From: Bacteroidota bacterium
GTDB lineage: Bacteria; Bacteroidota; Rhodothermia; JANXDC01
Assembly: GCA_025998875.1 (NCBI GenBank)
Contig: AP024675.1
Coordinates: 1,178,978-1,242,977, forward strand
DNA length: 64,000 nucleotides
Direction of reading: 5' to 3'
The notes below the pieces were generated by a model, which searched no databases, was not told the DNA's origin, and worked only from the letters and a program-made list of their open reading frames with translations. The position numbers and the translations under genes were made by a program. Below, one piece after another: positions 1-9,158 of this stretch; positions within the stretch are counted from its first letter, which is position 1, and every line of letters begins with the position of its first letter.

Positions 1-1
1 G

Positions 2-346
2 GGTGCGGTGCTGGAGGGCACACTTCGGGTGCAGGGCGATCTGCGGTTGGCCGGCATGGTCAGTGGTCAGCTGCAGGCCGATGGCAAGATCGTCATCGCC
101 CCGGAGGGGCAAGTAGAGGGCCGTCTCGAGGCGGCCTGCGCCGATATCGCCGGCTCCGTGCGGGGAGATGTGCGCGCCGAAAGGATCACCCTGCGCGCCA
201 CCGCACGCGTGGAGGGACAGCTGATTTGCAGGCGATTTGTGGTCGAAGACGGAGCCGAATTCGAGGGGGAATGCCGGCGTATGGAGCTCTCTTCCTCCGA
301 AGGCATGGTCTCGGAACGCACGACTTCCGATGGAACCGGATTCTGA
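2..346 (+). CDS. Bactofilin / polymer-forming cytoskeletal protein (5' partial, frame open from window start)
   Basis: Repeating beta-helix pattern (LEGTLRVQGDLRLAGMVSGQLQA...VEGQLICRRFVVEDGAEFEGECR); position upstream of atpZ is typical for Bacteroidota. Confidence 0.85.
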   Translation, partial: GAVLEGTLRVQGDLRLAGMVSGQLQADGKIVIAPEGQVEGRLEAACADIAGSVRGDVRAERITLRATARVEGQLICRRFVVEDGAEFEGECRRMELSSSEGMVSERTTSDGTGF

Positions 347-632
347 GCATCGGTTTTCCGGCTGGCGGGAGGCCAACCGTTATCTCGTGCTCAGCAGCCA
401 GCTCATAGGCAGCCTGCTGGGCTCTGTGCTGATCGGATATCTCCTGGATCGGTATCTGGGCACCAGTCCGTGGCTGATTCTTACGGGGGCCCTGCTGGGG
501 GTGATCAGTGCCCTCTGGGGGCTGGTGCGCCTGCTGCTGGGGGAGGGGACATCCTCGCCCCGGAAAAAGGGTCCGTCGGCCTCCTCCGGGAAAAATGAAA
601 AAACGGTTAATTCTCGATTTCCTCCGCCGTGA
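330..632 (+). CDS. atpZ: AtpZ/AtpI family small membrane protein
   Basis: ATG at 330 within listed ORF 237..632; motif QLIGSLLGSVLIGYLLDRYLGTSPWLILTGALLGV; first gene of atp cluster. Confidence 0.8.
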   Translation: MEPDSEHRFSGWREANRYLVLSSQLIGSLLGSVLIGYLLDRYLGTSPWLILTGALLGVISALWGLVRLLLGEGTSSPRKKGPSASSGKNEKTVNSRFPPP

Positions 633-1042
633 ACCCGGGAAGGCGCATGGGAAAGGCAGAGCGGATCTGGAGAAGCTATATCGGGGTATGGATGGCCTTT
701 TTTATGGTCTCTGCCGCCTTTCTGGCCTGGTTTGATTCAGCCCTGGGGGCCGCTGTCGCCGCCGGGGGCGGGCTTGCGGTGCTGAACGCTTGCCTGAGCT
801 ATCGAGCCCTGTCCCGTTTCCTTTTACGTAACGATCCTGTATCTTTGCGCGCCGTGCTATGGAGCATGGCGGCTCGTTTTGTGGGCATTGTGCTGGGCAT
901 TGGACTGGGGGTTCGCCTGGGTGGCCTGCCCCCCTGGCCCCTGATCGGCGCCTTCTTGCTTGCCTATCTGGGGCTGAAAATAGGGGAAGTGCATCTGCTG
1001 GGGCGTTCTGGAGAACCCCGAAGCGATACGCGAAACGGATGA
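629..1042 (+). CDS. ATP synthase subunit I-like 4-TM membrane protein
   Basis: Four hydrophobic segments; GTGA overlap with atpZ and ATGA overlap with atpB; start could be ATG 647. Confidence 0.65.
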   Translation: MNPGRRMGKAERIWRSYIGVWMAFFMVSAAFLAWFDSALGAAVAAGGGLAVLNACLSYRALSRFLLRNDPVSLRAVLWSMAARFVGIVLGIGLGVRLGGLPPWPLIGAFLLAYLGLKIGEVHLLGRSGEPRSDTRNG

Positions 1043-2160
1043 TGCATCTGCGCACCCTCTTACTGTCTGCTCTATTGCTCTGGGACCTGGCGGCTGGCGC
1101 CTCCTCGGGTTCCGATGGCGTGCAGCTGGATGTGCTGCACCATGTAACCAACGCCTATTATCTGGACTTTACCCCGCTGGGCAAGCTCGAGTTGCCCCGC
1201 ATCCTGATCGATCCCGAGGGCGTGCACGTTTTTCCCTCCACCACGGCGGCGCTGCGTGATGGTCGTTTTATCCCGGCCGAATGGGCCGAGGAGGGGGCTC
1301 CCTCCGGCGGGGGAGGGGAAGAGGCGGAATCGGCTCGGGCCGGCTTTTTCGGGGAAAGCCGCGCAGGTGGGCCTGAGACCGTGGAGGTCACCCATGTGGG
1401 GAAACTGGCCCGTCGAGATGGTTTGCCTGTCTATCTGGATCTCTCCCTTACCCGTCACGGTGTGTTTATGCTTCTGGCGGCCGCCCTGTTGCTGGGGATC
1501 TTTCTGCCCCTGGCCGCTCGATACCGGGCGGGCATCGGGCGGGAAAGCGCCCCACGAGGTCCGTGGCAGAACCTGTGGGAGACCTTTATCGTCTTCATCC
1601 GCGATGAGGTGGCCCGTCCCAACCTGGGAGAGGAGCACTACCGCCGGTATCTGCCCTATCTGCTGACGGCCTTCTTTTTCATTCTCTTCTGCAATCTGCT
1701 GGGGTTGGTGCCCTTTGGGGCCACGGCCACGGGGAATATCACGGTTACGGCCGTGTTGGCCAGCTTTACCTTTATCATCACCCAGGTTGCGGGGACGCGG
1801 GACTACTGGCGGCATATCTTCTGGATGCCCGGCGTGCCCGTGGCTTTACGGCCCATCCTGACCGTGGTGGAGTTCATCGGGCTTTTTACCAAGCCCTTCG
1901 CCCTGGCCATCCGGTTGTTCGCCAACATGACGGCCGGGCATGTGGCCATTGTCTGCATACTGGGGCTCATTTTCATCTTCGGGGGCATGTCTCCTGCGCT
2001 GGGCTATGCGGTGGCTCCGTTTTCCGTGGCCGTCACGCTCGGGGTCTACGGGCTGGAGCTGCTGGTGGCCCTCCTGCAGGCTTATATCTTCACCATCCTG
2101 TCCGCGGTCTTTATTGCGGGCGCTCTGGAAGAACATCATCACGAAGAGGAAACCCACTAA
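1039..2160 (+). CDS. atpB: F0F1 ATP synthase subunit a
   Basis: KPFALAIRLFANMTAGH and LLQAYIFTILSAVFI motifs; N-terminal signal-like segment and extramembrane domain as in Bacteroidota. Confidence 0.97.
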   Translation: MMHLRTLLLSALLLWDLAAGASSGSDGVQLDVLHHVTNAYYLDFTPLGKLELPRILIDPEGVHVFPSTTAALRDGRFIPAEWAEEGAPSGGGGEEAESARAGFFGESRAGGPETVEVTHVGKLARRDGLPVYLDLSLTRHGVFMLLAAALLLGIFLPLAARYRAGIGRESAPRGPWQNLWETFIVFIRDEVARPNLGEEHYRRYLPYLLTAFFFILFCNLLGLVPFGATATGNITVTAVLASFTFIITQVAGTRDYWRHIFWMPGVPVALRPILTVVEFIGLFTKPFALAIRLFANMTAGHVAIVCILGLIFIFGGMSPALGYAVAPFSVAVTLGVYGLELLVALLQAYIFTILSAVFIAGALEEHHHEEETH

Positions 2161-2412
<252 letters not shown>

Positions 2413-2467
2413 TAGCCGTCGGGGTTCCGCTCCTGTAGGGCGGAGGGATAGGCAAGAGGATACGTCC

Positions 2468-2992
2468 ATGTACACGATTGCGATCAGGCCAGTTATGGCC
2501 GCCGGGCTGCTGGATATCGATGTGGGCATGGCGCTCTGGACGATCATCGTCTTTGCCCTGTTGTTGATCGTCCTTTCTCGTTTCGCCTGGAAGCCCATAC
2601 TCTCCGGGCTTGAAGAGCGCGAACGGCGCATCCGGGAGTCTCTGCAGCGCGCCGATCAGCTGCTGGTCGAGGCCAGGCGACTGCAGGCAGAAAACGAAAG
2701 GCGACGCCATCAGATCGAGCTCGAAGCCCAGAAGATCATTCAGGAAGCCCGTGAGGCGGCCGAACGGGTGCGGGCAGAAATCCTGGAGCGGGCCCGACAG
2801 GAGGCGCGGGCTCTGGTGGATCGGGCCCGCGAGGAGATCGAACGCGACAAGCAGCGGGCGCTTGGCGAACTGCGGGCGGAGGCCGCTGAGCTGGCCGTCT
2901 TGATCGCCGAAAAGATCCTGCGCACGCAACTCGATGCCCATCGGCATCGGGAGCTTATCGAGACCGTGCTGGCCGAGCTCCAGACATCCTGA
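2468..2992 (+). CDS. atpF: F0F1 ATP synthase subunit b
   Basis: Single N-terminal TM (LWTIIVFALLLIVLSRFAWKPI) plus long coiled coil; start may be ATG 2495. Confidence 0.95.
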   Translation: MYTIAIRPVMAAGLLDIDVGMALWTIIVFALLLIVLSRFAWKPILSGLEERERRIRESLQRADQLLVEARRLQAENERRRHQIELEAQKIIQEAREAAERVRAEILERARQEARALVDRAREEIERDKQRALGELRAEAAELAVLIAEKILRTQLDAHRHRELIETVLAELQTS

Positions 2993-3004
2993 AAGGATCC
3001 GAAT

Positions 3005-3556
3005 ATGCCGCACTCCAGAATCGCCCGTCATTATGCGGAGATCCTTCTCGAGGTCGCCCGCCAGCAGGGGCGTCTGGAGGAGGTCAGCCGCGATGTGGCC
3101 GAGCTCCGGGAGCTGCTCCGGCAGTCGCGCCCGTTGGTGCTCTTCTTCCGCAGCCCGCTTATCAATCGGGATCGGAAGCAGGCCGTTGTGCAAGAGCTCT
3201 TCGCTGGGCGGATCGAGGAGCTCCTGTTCCGGTTCCTCGAGGTGCTCGTTCAAAAGGGCCGGGAGGCGCATCTGATGGAGGCTCTGGAGGCCTTTGAAGA
3301 GCTGCGCGACGAGGCGCTGGGTATCCTGCGTGTGCAGCTGGAGGTGGCCGTGGAGCCAGAGGCGGAGCTCTACGAGAAGATCCGCTCCGCGCTCGCAACC
3401 TACACGGGCAGAAACATCGTGGCCCGGCTGCATGTGGACCGGGCCCTCATCGGAGGGCTCCGCATCCGCCTGCCCAATCGGGTCATCGACGGCAGCGTGC
3501 GGCATCAGCTGGAGCTCATCCGGCAACGGCTCAAAAGCGGCTATGCGCTAAACTGA
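3005..3556 (+). CDS. atpH: F1 ATP synthase subunit delta
   Basis: IARHYAEIL N-terminus, VDRALIGGLRIR...VIDGSVRHQL C-terminus; operon position. Confidence 0.95.
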   Translation: MPHSRIARHYAEILLEVARQQGRLEEVSRDVAELRELLRQSRPLVLFFRSPLINRDRKQAVVQELFAGRIEELLFRFLEVLVQKGREAHLMEALEAFEELRDEALGILRVQLEVAVEPEAELYEKIRSALATYTGRNIVARLHVDRALIGGLRIRLPNRVIDGSVRHQLELIRQRLKSGYALN

Positions 3557-3578
3557 AGCATGAGGGCTCAAAAGGACC

Positions 3579-5180
3579 ATGGCGGAGATTCGACTTGACG
3601 AGGTGTCTGCGATCCTGCGCAAACAGCTGGCCGGCTTCGAGCAGGAAGTGGAGATCTACGATGTGGGCACCGTGTTGCAGGTGGGGGATGGCATCGCCCG
3701 CATTTACGGACTGACAAACTGCCGGGCCGGAGAGCTCATCGAGTTCCCCCGCACGGGCACGGTGGGCATGGTGCTCAACCTGGAAGAGGACAACGTGGGC
3801 GCTGTGCTCTTCGGTGAGAAGGACGAGGTCAAGGAAGGCGATGAAGTCCGCCGTACCGGGCGCATCGCCTCCATCCTGGTCTCCGAGGAAATGCTCGGTC
3901 GGGTGATCGATCCGTTGGGCAACCCCATCGACGGGCGCGGGCCAATCGGCGGGCGCAAGTACGAAATGCCCCTGGAGCGCAAGGCTCCCGGTGTGATCTA
4001 CCGGCAGCCGGTCAAGGAGCCGCTGCAGACGGGCATCAAGGCCATCGACGCCATGATCCCGATCGGTCGGGGCCAGCGCGAGCTTATCATTGGCGACCGG
4101 CAGACGGGCAAAACGGCGGTGGCCATCGATACGATCATCAACCAGAAGTACACGCACAAGACGGACAAGCCCGTATACTGCATCTACGTGGCCGTTGGCC
4201 AGAAAGGGTCGACCATCGCCCAGGTGGCCAAGACGCTGGAGGACTACGGCGCGCTGGAGTACACGATCATCGTGGCCGCTCCCGCTTCCAGCCCGGCCCC
4301 GCTGCAATTTATCGCCCCCTACGCCGGGGCGGCCATCGGGGAGTTTTTCCGGGATACCGGACGGCATGCGCTGGTGATCTATGATGATCTCTCCAAGCAG
4401 GCCGTCGCCTATCGCGAGGTTTCCCTGTTGCTGCGTCGTCCCCCGGGCCGGGAGGCCTATCCCGGAGATATCTTCTACCTGCACAGCCGGCTTCTGGAGC
4501 GCGCGGCCAAAATCAACGAGAACGACTCCGTGGCCCGGCAAATGAACGATATCCCTCCCTCCATTCGGGACATGGTCAAGGGGGGAGGAAGCCTGACGGC
4601 GCTGCCCATCATCGAGACGCAGGCCGGGGACGTGTCGGCCTACATTCCCACGAACGTGATCTCCATCACCGATGGGCAGATCTATCTGGAGTCCGGTCTG
4701 TTCAACGCCGGGGTTCGGCCGGCCATCAACGTGGGGATTTCCGTCTCCCGCGTCGGCGGGGCGGCTCAGATCAAGGCCATGAAGCGCGTGGCGGGTCGGT
4801 TGCGCCTGGAGCTGGCCCAGTACCGGGAACTGGAGGCCTTTGCGAAGTTTGGTTCCGATCTGGATCCGGCCACCCAGGCGCAGCTGCGTCGGGGAGCCCG
4901 CCTGGTGGAGCTGCTCAAGCAGGGGCAATATGAGCCCATGCCGGTTGAAAAGCAGGTGGCCGTGATTCTGGTCGGCACGCAGGGTGTGCTCGATCCCATC
5001 CCCGTCGAGGCCGTGCGCCAGTTTGAGCGTGAGTATCTGGAGCTCATCGAAGCCAAACATCCCGATCGTCTGGAGCGCATTCGCATCACCGGGGATCTGG
5101 ACGAGGAGACACAGGAGGTCCTGCTCCGAGAGGCTCGGGAGCTGGTGCGCAAGTTCATTCCTGAAACAGCCCAGGTATAG
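3579..5180 (+). CDS. atpA: F1 ATP synthase subunit alpha
   Basis: GDRQTGKT P-loop, [22 protein letters not shown]. Confidence 0.99.
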   Translation: MAEIRLDEVSAILRKQLAGFEQEVEIYDVGTVLQVGDGIARIYGLTNCRAGELIEFPRTGTVGMVLNLEEDNVGAVLFGEKDEVKEGDEVRRTGRIASILVSEEMLGRVIDPLGNPIDGRGPIGGRKYEMPLERKAPGVIYRQPVKEPLQTGIKAIDAMIPIGRGQRELIIGDRQTGKTAVAIDTIINQKYTHKTDKPVYCIYVAVGQKGSTIAQVAKTLEDYGALEYTIIVAAPASSPAPLQFIAPYAGAAIGEFFRDTGRHALVIYDDLSKQAVAYREVSLLLRRPPGREAYPGDIFYLHSRLLERAAKINENDSVARQMNDIPPSIRDMVKGGGSLTALPIIETQAGDVSAYIPTNVISITDGQIYLESGLFNAGVRPAINVGISVSRVGGAAQIKAMKRVAGRLRLELAQYRELEAFAKFGSDLDPATQAQLRRGARLVELLKQGQYEPMPVEKQVAVILVGTQGVLDPIPVEAVRQFEREYLELIEAKHPDRLERIRITGDLDEETQEVLLREARELVRKFIPETAQV

Positions 5181-5188
5181 GGGGCGAT

Positions 5189-6097
5189 ATGGCTGGAGGA
5201 AACCTGCGCGATATCCGGCGGCGTATCGCAAGCGTCCGCAGCACGCAGCAGATCACGCGGGCCATGAAAATGGTAGCCGCGGCCAAGCTGCGTCGGGCGC
5301 AGGAGCGCATTCTGGCCACTCGTCCCTATGCGTACCGGATCCGTCATCTGGTCGGGGAGCTGGTCGCCCAGCTGGGCCCGGAGGCCCATCCCCTGCTGGA
5401 GCCCCGGGCCGCCGAGCGCGTTTTGCTCGTAGTCGTCGCGGCCGATCGGGGGTTGTGCGGGGCCTTCAACGCCAATATCCTGCGCCTGGCCGAGGATACC
5501 ATATTGAGCCGCTATGCGGAGCATCGGGAGCAGGGACGGCTGAGCGTTATGGCCGTGGGGCGCAAGGCACATGAATTCTTCGTCCGGCGCCGCTATCGGC
5601 TTGTGGGAGACTGGCGGGGTATTTTCCAGGGGCTTCGCTTCGAACATGCGCGGGCGATCACGGATCGTCTTGTGCGGGGTTTTCTGGAGCGAGAATGGGA
5701 TGCGGTCGAGCTCGTGTACAACGAGTTTAAGTCCGTGGTCTCGCCCAACCGCATCGTCGAGCCCCTGCTTCCCGTTCGCCCCGCATCCCTGTACGGAGCC
5801 GAACAGGCGGAGACGGGCCAGCGTCCGGTTTACCTTTATGAACCGGATCCCGAGGCGCTGCTGGCCGCCCTGCTACCCCGGCATCTGACCGTGCAGGTAT
5901 GGCGTGCCCTGCTGGAGTCGAACGCGGCCGAACAGGGGGCGCGCATGGTGGCCATGGATAACGCCACCAATAACGCGGCCGAACTGTTGCGTCAACTGCG
6001 GCTGACGTACAACCGCCTCCGGCAGGCCTCCATTACGAAGGAACTCCTGGAAATCGTGGCAGGGGCAGAGGCGCTGGCCAGGGCGAGGGAGGCCTAA
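5189..6097 (+). CDS. atpG: F1 ATP synthase subunit gamma
   Basis: ITRAMKMVAAAKL, DRGLCGAFN, RMVAMDNATNNA, YNRLRQASITKELLEIVAGAEAL. Confidence 0.99.
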   Translation: MAGGNLRDIRRRIASVRSTQQITRAMKMVAAAKLRRAQERILATRPYAYRIRHLVGELVAQLGPEAHPLLEPRAAERVLLVVVAADRGLCGAFNANILRLAEDTILSRYAEHREQGRLSVMAVGRKAHEFFVRRRYRLVGDWRGIFQGLRFEHARAITDRLVRGFLEREWDAVELVYNEFKSVVSPNRIVEPLLPVRPASLYGAEQAETGQRPVYLYEPDPEALLAALLPRHLTVQVWRALLESNAAEQGARMVAMDNATNNAAELLRQLRLTYNRLRQASITKELLEIVAGAEALARAREA

Positions 6098-6114
6098 AAG
6101 GGAACGGAATCGCG

Positions 6115-6146
6115 TTGTCTGGCGTTTTGCTGGAGCCGTATATTCG
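6115..6146 (+). promoter_or_regulatory. Putative primary-sigma promoter for tRNA-Ser (TTG-N21-TATATTCG)
   Basis: Matches Bacteroidota -33/-7 architecture; ends 12 nt before the tRNA. Confidence 0.65.
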
Positions 6147-6158
6147 CCCGGGATCTTC

Positions 6159-6248
6159 GGAGAGGTGCCGGAGTGGCCGAACGGGGCCGCCTGCTAAGCG
6201 GTTGGCCCGCCAAAAGCGGGCTCGAGGGTTCGAATCCCTCCCTCTCCG
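6159..6248 (+). tRNA. tRNA-Ser(GCT), long variable arm, CCA not encoded
   Basis: Acceptor GGAGAGG/CCTCTCC plus G discriminator; anticodon arm GCCGC-CTGCTAA-GCGGT; T arm GAGGG-TTCGAAT-CCCTC. Confidence 0.97.
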
Positions 6249-6252
6249 CAGC

Positions 6253-6280
6253 AAGCCCGCCTCCCAGGGCGGGCTTTTTT
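6253..6280 (+). terminator. Intrinsic terminator after tRNA-Ser
   Basis: AAGCCCGCC/GGCGGGCTT stem followed by T-run. Confidence 0.85.
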
Positions 6281-6288
6281 ACACGCCC

Positions 6289-6726
6289 ATGGAAGCGCTA
6301 TTGGGACAACTTGCCGTCTACGCCATCGGCCTGAGCGGCCTGAGCCTGATTGTGGGCTACCGTATGATCCGCCGGGGCAGGCGGCTCTGGCACCATCGGT
6401 TTATGCTCGTGGCCACGGCCTTTGCCGGGCTGTTTTTGGTCTTTTACCTGCTCAAGTGGGGGCTTTACGGAAGCACGCGCTACGCGGGGCCCGAGGCCTG
6501 GCGTCTGCCCTATTATGGACTGTTGCTGCTGCATACCGTGCTGGCCGCCGCAAACGGCCCTATGATCGTTGTGCTGCTGGTGCATGCCTTTCGCGGGCGT
6601 TTTGATCGACACCGGCGTCTGGCCCGCTGGACCTTCCCGATCTGGCTTTTTGTGGCCATCTCGGGGTGGATCATCTATCTGGTGCTGCGGGTCTACGGGG
6701 AGCCGGCCGGCGGGGTGCGGTTCTGA
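6289..6726 (+). CDS. DUF420 family membrane protein
   Basis: HHRFM...FLVFY, LLHTVLAA, RFDRHRRLARWTFPIWLFVAISGWIIY; ATG at 6289 (longer listed ORF runs through the tRNA). Confidence 0.85.
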   Translation: MEALLGQLAVYAIGLSGLSLIVGYRMIRRGRRLWHHRFMLVATAFAGLFLVFYLLKWGLYGSTRYAGPEAWRLPYYGLLLLHTVLAAANGPMIVVLLVHAFRGRFDRHRRLARWTFPIWLFVAISGWIIYLVLRVYGEPAGGVRF

Positions 6727-6774
6727 GCGTGTGCTTTCTTCGGCTTCCTGTTCGTACTATTTTTCCTCGTCCCT

Positions 6775-6859
6775 GCGGAGGTGGCGGAATAGGTAGACGC
6801 GCCAGACTTAGGATCTGGTGGCCTTTTGGGCCGTGCGGGTTCGAGTCCCGCCCTCCGCA
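6775..6859 (+). tRNA. tRNA-Leu(TAG), CCA not encoded
   Basis: Acceptor GCGGAGG/CCTCCGC plus A discriminator; anticodon arm CCAGA-CTTAGGA-TCTGG; T arm GCGGG-TTCGAGT-CCCGC. Confidence 0.97.
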
Positions 6860-6972
6860 CACCCCATCCATGCGCTCTAGGGCCCCCAGCTGCGGCCGCG
6901 CCCGATCGCCTGAGGTCAGATAGGCGTCCGGCTCGCTGCGGGAGGCCATCGCAGCCGGTCTCCCAGAGGGCC

Positions 6973-8280
6973 CTAGATCCCGTAGAGCCGAGCCGCTACC
7001 GGACAGGACAGACATCCCCGCTGGAGGCAGAAGGTTGCGTAGAGGTGATGCAGGGCCTGGGCATCGGCCTCTGTACGGGGGTCGAAGGGGGAATGGGCGA
7101 AGTGCCGCGTGATTCGGTTGAGCCCGTGCAGCGGGAGGGTTCGGTACAGGGCGATGAGCCGTTCCGCCCAGTTCTCCGGTCTTTCCTCGACTTCCAGATG
7201 CCACAATGCGGGCAAAAGCGCATTGGCGAGCAGGCTGTCGAGGCGTTCCCGGCCAAGCCCGGAGGTCCGGGCCGTTGATGGGCCTCCAAGCGGGATCGGC
7301 TGCCAGTACTCCGATGGCCGAACCTGCAGCAGCTGGCGCAGCGCGGCCGTTCCTCCCTGGACCGCCCTCCGGGCCCGATGCTCGAAATCCTCTTGGAGCA
7401 GGCGTTCGGCTATAGCAGCGGCCTGAGCGATGCGGCGTATCGGATGATTGGCCGGCCGCAGGCGGCGGGTTCGCCACAGGCTCCGGGGCAAGGGTTCGGG
7501 CTTATCCGAGATCGCTTCCCAGGTTGTGCGCAACGCCTCCGGATACGCTCCTGTTCCGGGTAGCGGAAGCCATCCCGCCGTACCGAAGAGAAGCGCCTCT
7601 CGAGCCAGGGGGGTTGGCAGGGGGCTCAGCCGCTTCAGAGGGACCCGATCGGCCAGCAGGCGCATGGGTTCCCGGTTGGCGCTATAGCCAAGTCCTTCGG
7701 CCAGCAACTGCCAGAGCGCCTCGCGCCAGGGCGTGGGGGTTTTCCCGCGCAGCTGTTCCTGAAGAGCCCGAAATCGATGGGCCTTTTCCAGGAAACGGGC
7801 CAGATGCAGCTTCTCCAGGATCGCGATCGCCTCCCACCGATCGAGCCGTTCCCAGTCCGGAGCGCAGTACGGCCTCTGGCTCATCCGGTTCAGGCGGGGC
7901 AGCAGCGCGCCGATGGAAGCGGGCACACAGGGCTCCAGGACCAGCTCCGGGAGCGGAGAGCCGTCGGCGCGATGGTTTGCGCCCGGGGCCCCGTCGGCCT
8001 GCCAGACCACGTGCAGGATGACGGAGTTATACCGTCCGTCTCGGTGATGGCCATGCCGGGCCCAGTCCGAGGATCGGAGGTGAAACTCGATCGCACCCAC
8101 CCAGCGCAGGCCGCCGATGTAGAGCTCAGCTTCCTCCAGATCCGGGCCTTCGTTCGGGTTGGGCCGCCCCGGACGGATAATGCGCACAGGCAGGCCACAG
8201 CGCGTGCGCAGGGCGAAGGGGTCGAAAATCCCGCGCAGCCAGAGCGTCTGCAACAGCTCCTCCGGGAAAGGACGGGGCAT
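6973..8280 (-). CDS. DUF2851 family protein
   Basis: EELLQTLW, GRPNPNEGPDL, GAIEFHLRSSDWARHGHHRDGRYNSVILHVVW, C-terminal CLQRGCLSC. Confidence 0.85.
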   Translation of the reverse strand: MPRPFPEELLQTLWLRGIFDPFALRTRCGLPVRIIRPGRPNPNEGPDLEEAELYIGGLRWVGAIEFHLRSSDWARHGHHRDGRYNSVILHVVWQADGAPGANHRADGSPLPELVLEPCVPASIGALLPRLNRMSQRPYCAPDWERLDRWEAIAILEKLHLARFLEKAHRFRALQEQLRGKTPTPWREALWQLLAEGLGYSANREPMRLLADRVPLKRLSPLPTPLAREALLFGTAGWLPLPGTGAYPEALRTTWEAISDKPEPLPRSLWRTRRLRPANHPIRRIAQAAAIAERLLQEDFEHRARRAVQGGTAALRQLLQVRPSEYWQPIPLGGPSTARTSGLGRERLDSLLANALLPALWHLEVEERPENWAERLIALYRTLPLHGLNRITRHFAHSPFDPRTEADAQALHHLYATFCLQRGCLSCPVAARLYGI

Positions 8281-8321
8281 AGCCTCTGGACGTAGAGAGG
8301 ATCTGCTATCGCGCCGAGAGG

Positions 8322-9158
8322 TTACGGAGCTCGATGCTGCCAGAGCACGGCTCGAAATCTTTCGGCGGCCTCCCGGGCCCGGTCCGCGAAGTCCGGACCG
8401 GATCCCGCCTGCAGGATGGCCCGGCTCACGGTGATCAGCACGGGGCCTTTATTCTCTGTGCCGGCACGGACGGCTTCCTCGAGCATACCGCCCTGGGCGC
8501 CGATGCCGGGGATGAGCAAGGGCAGATCGGGCGCTTCCTGGCGCACAAGCCGGATCGCCTCCGGGCTTGTGGCTCCCACTACAAGCCCCAACGCCAGATG
8601 GCGATCGCGGGCCCAGCTGTGGGCCAGTGAGGCGAGCTCCTGGAAAAGCGGCCGTCCCCCCTCAAGCCGACGTTCCTGCAGGTCCCGGGCCCCGGGGTTG
8701 GAGGTCCGGCACAGCAGAAATACGGCCCGCTCTGCATAGGCGAAGAAGGGCTCCAGCGCCTCCAGGCCCATGTACGGCGAGGCGGTGAGGGCATCGGCCC
8801 GGGGCATACGATCAAACAGCGCCCGGGCGTAGAAGCGAGTGGTGTGCGCGATATCGGCCCGTTTGGCGTCCAGAATCACCAGGGGACCGGGTGGTACAGA
8901 GGAGACGAGCCTTTCCAGTGCGGCCCATCCGGCCGGTCCGTGGGCCTCGTAGAAGGCGGTGTTGAACTTGAAGGCGCAGACCAATTCATGGGTGGCTTCG
9001 ATGAGCTCGCCCACAAACCAGCGGAGGGCCTCTACGGGATGACGGTCCGGTTCCAGGAAAGCAGGAAGGTGCTCCGGGTCGGGATCCAGCCCGATGCAGA
9101 GCAGGGAGCGGCGCTCCTGCTGGAGCGTCTGCAGTCGCCTCAGGAAGCCGGTATCCAT
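8322..9158 (-). CDS. pyrF: Orotidine 5'-phosphate decarboxylase
   Basis: LCIGLDP, AFKFNTAFYE, ILDAKRADIAHT, LLIPGIGAQGG. Confidence 0.95.
   Translation of the reverse strand: MDTGFLRRLQTLQQERRSLLCIGLDPDPEHLPAFLEPDRHPVEALRWFVGELIEATHELVCAFKFNTAFYEAHGPAGWAALERLVSSVPPGPLVILDAKRADIAHTTRFYARALFDRMPRADALTASPYMGLEALEPFFAYAERAVFLLCRTSNPGARDLQERRLEGGRPLFQELASLAHSWARDRHLALGLVVGATSPEAIRLVRQEAPDLPLLIPGIGAQGGMLEEAVRAGTENKGPVLITVSRAILQAGSGPDFADRAREAAERFRAVLWQHRAP

Noticed and set aside
561-620. A/T-rich patch in the atpZ 3' tail
   Set aside because: TAATTCTC lacks a correctly spaced TTG, so it cannot be supported as a promoter; may only aid atpI translation
6115-6288. N-terminal extension of the DUF420 ORF listed from 6115
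   Set aside because: Runs through tRNA-Ser and its terminator; the real start is ATG 6289
6159-6977. tRNA genes as integration sites for an island
   Set aside because: No duplicated tRNA 3' end, integrase or compositional shift noticed in the window
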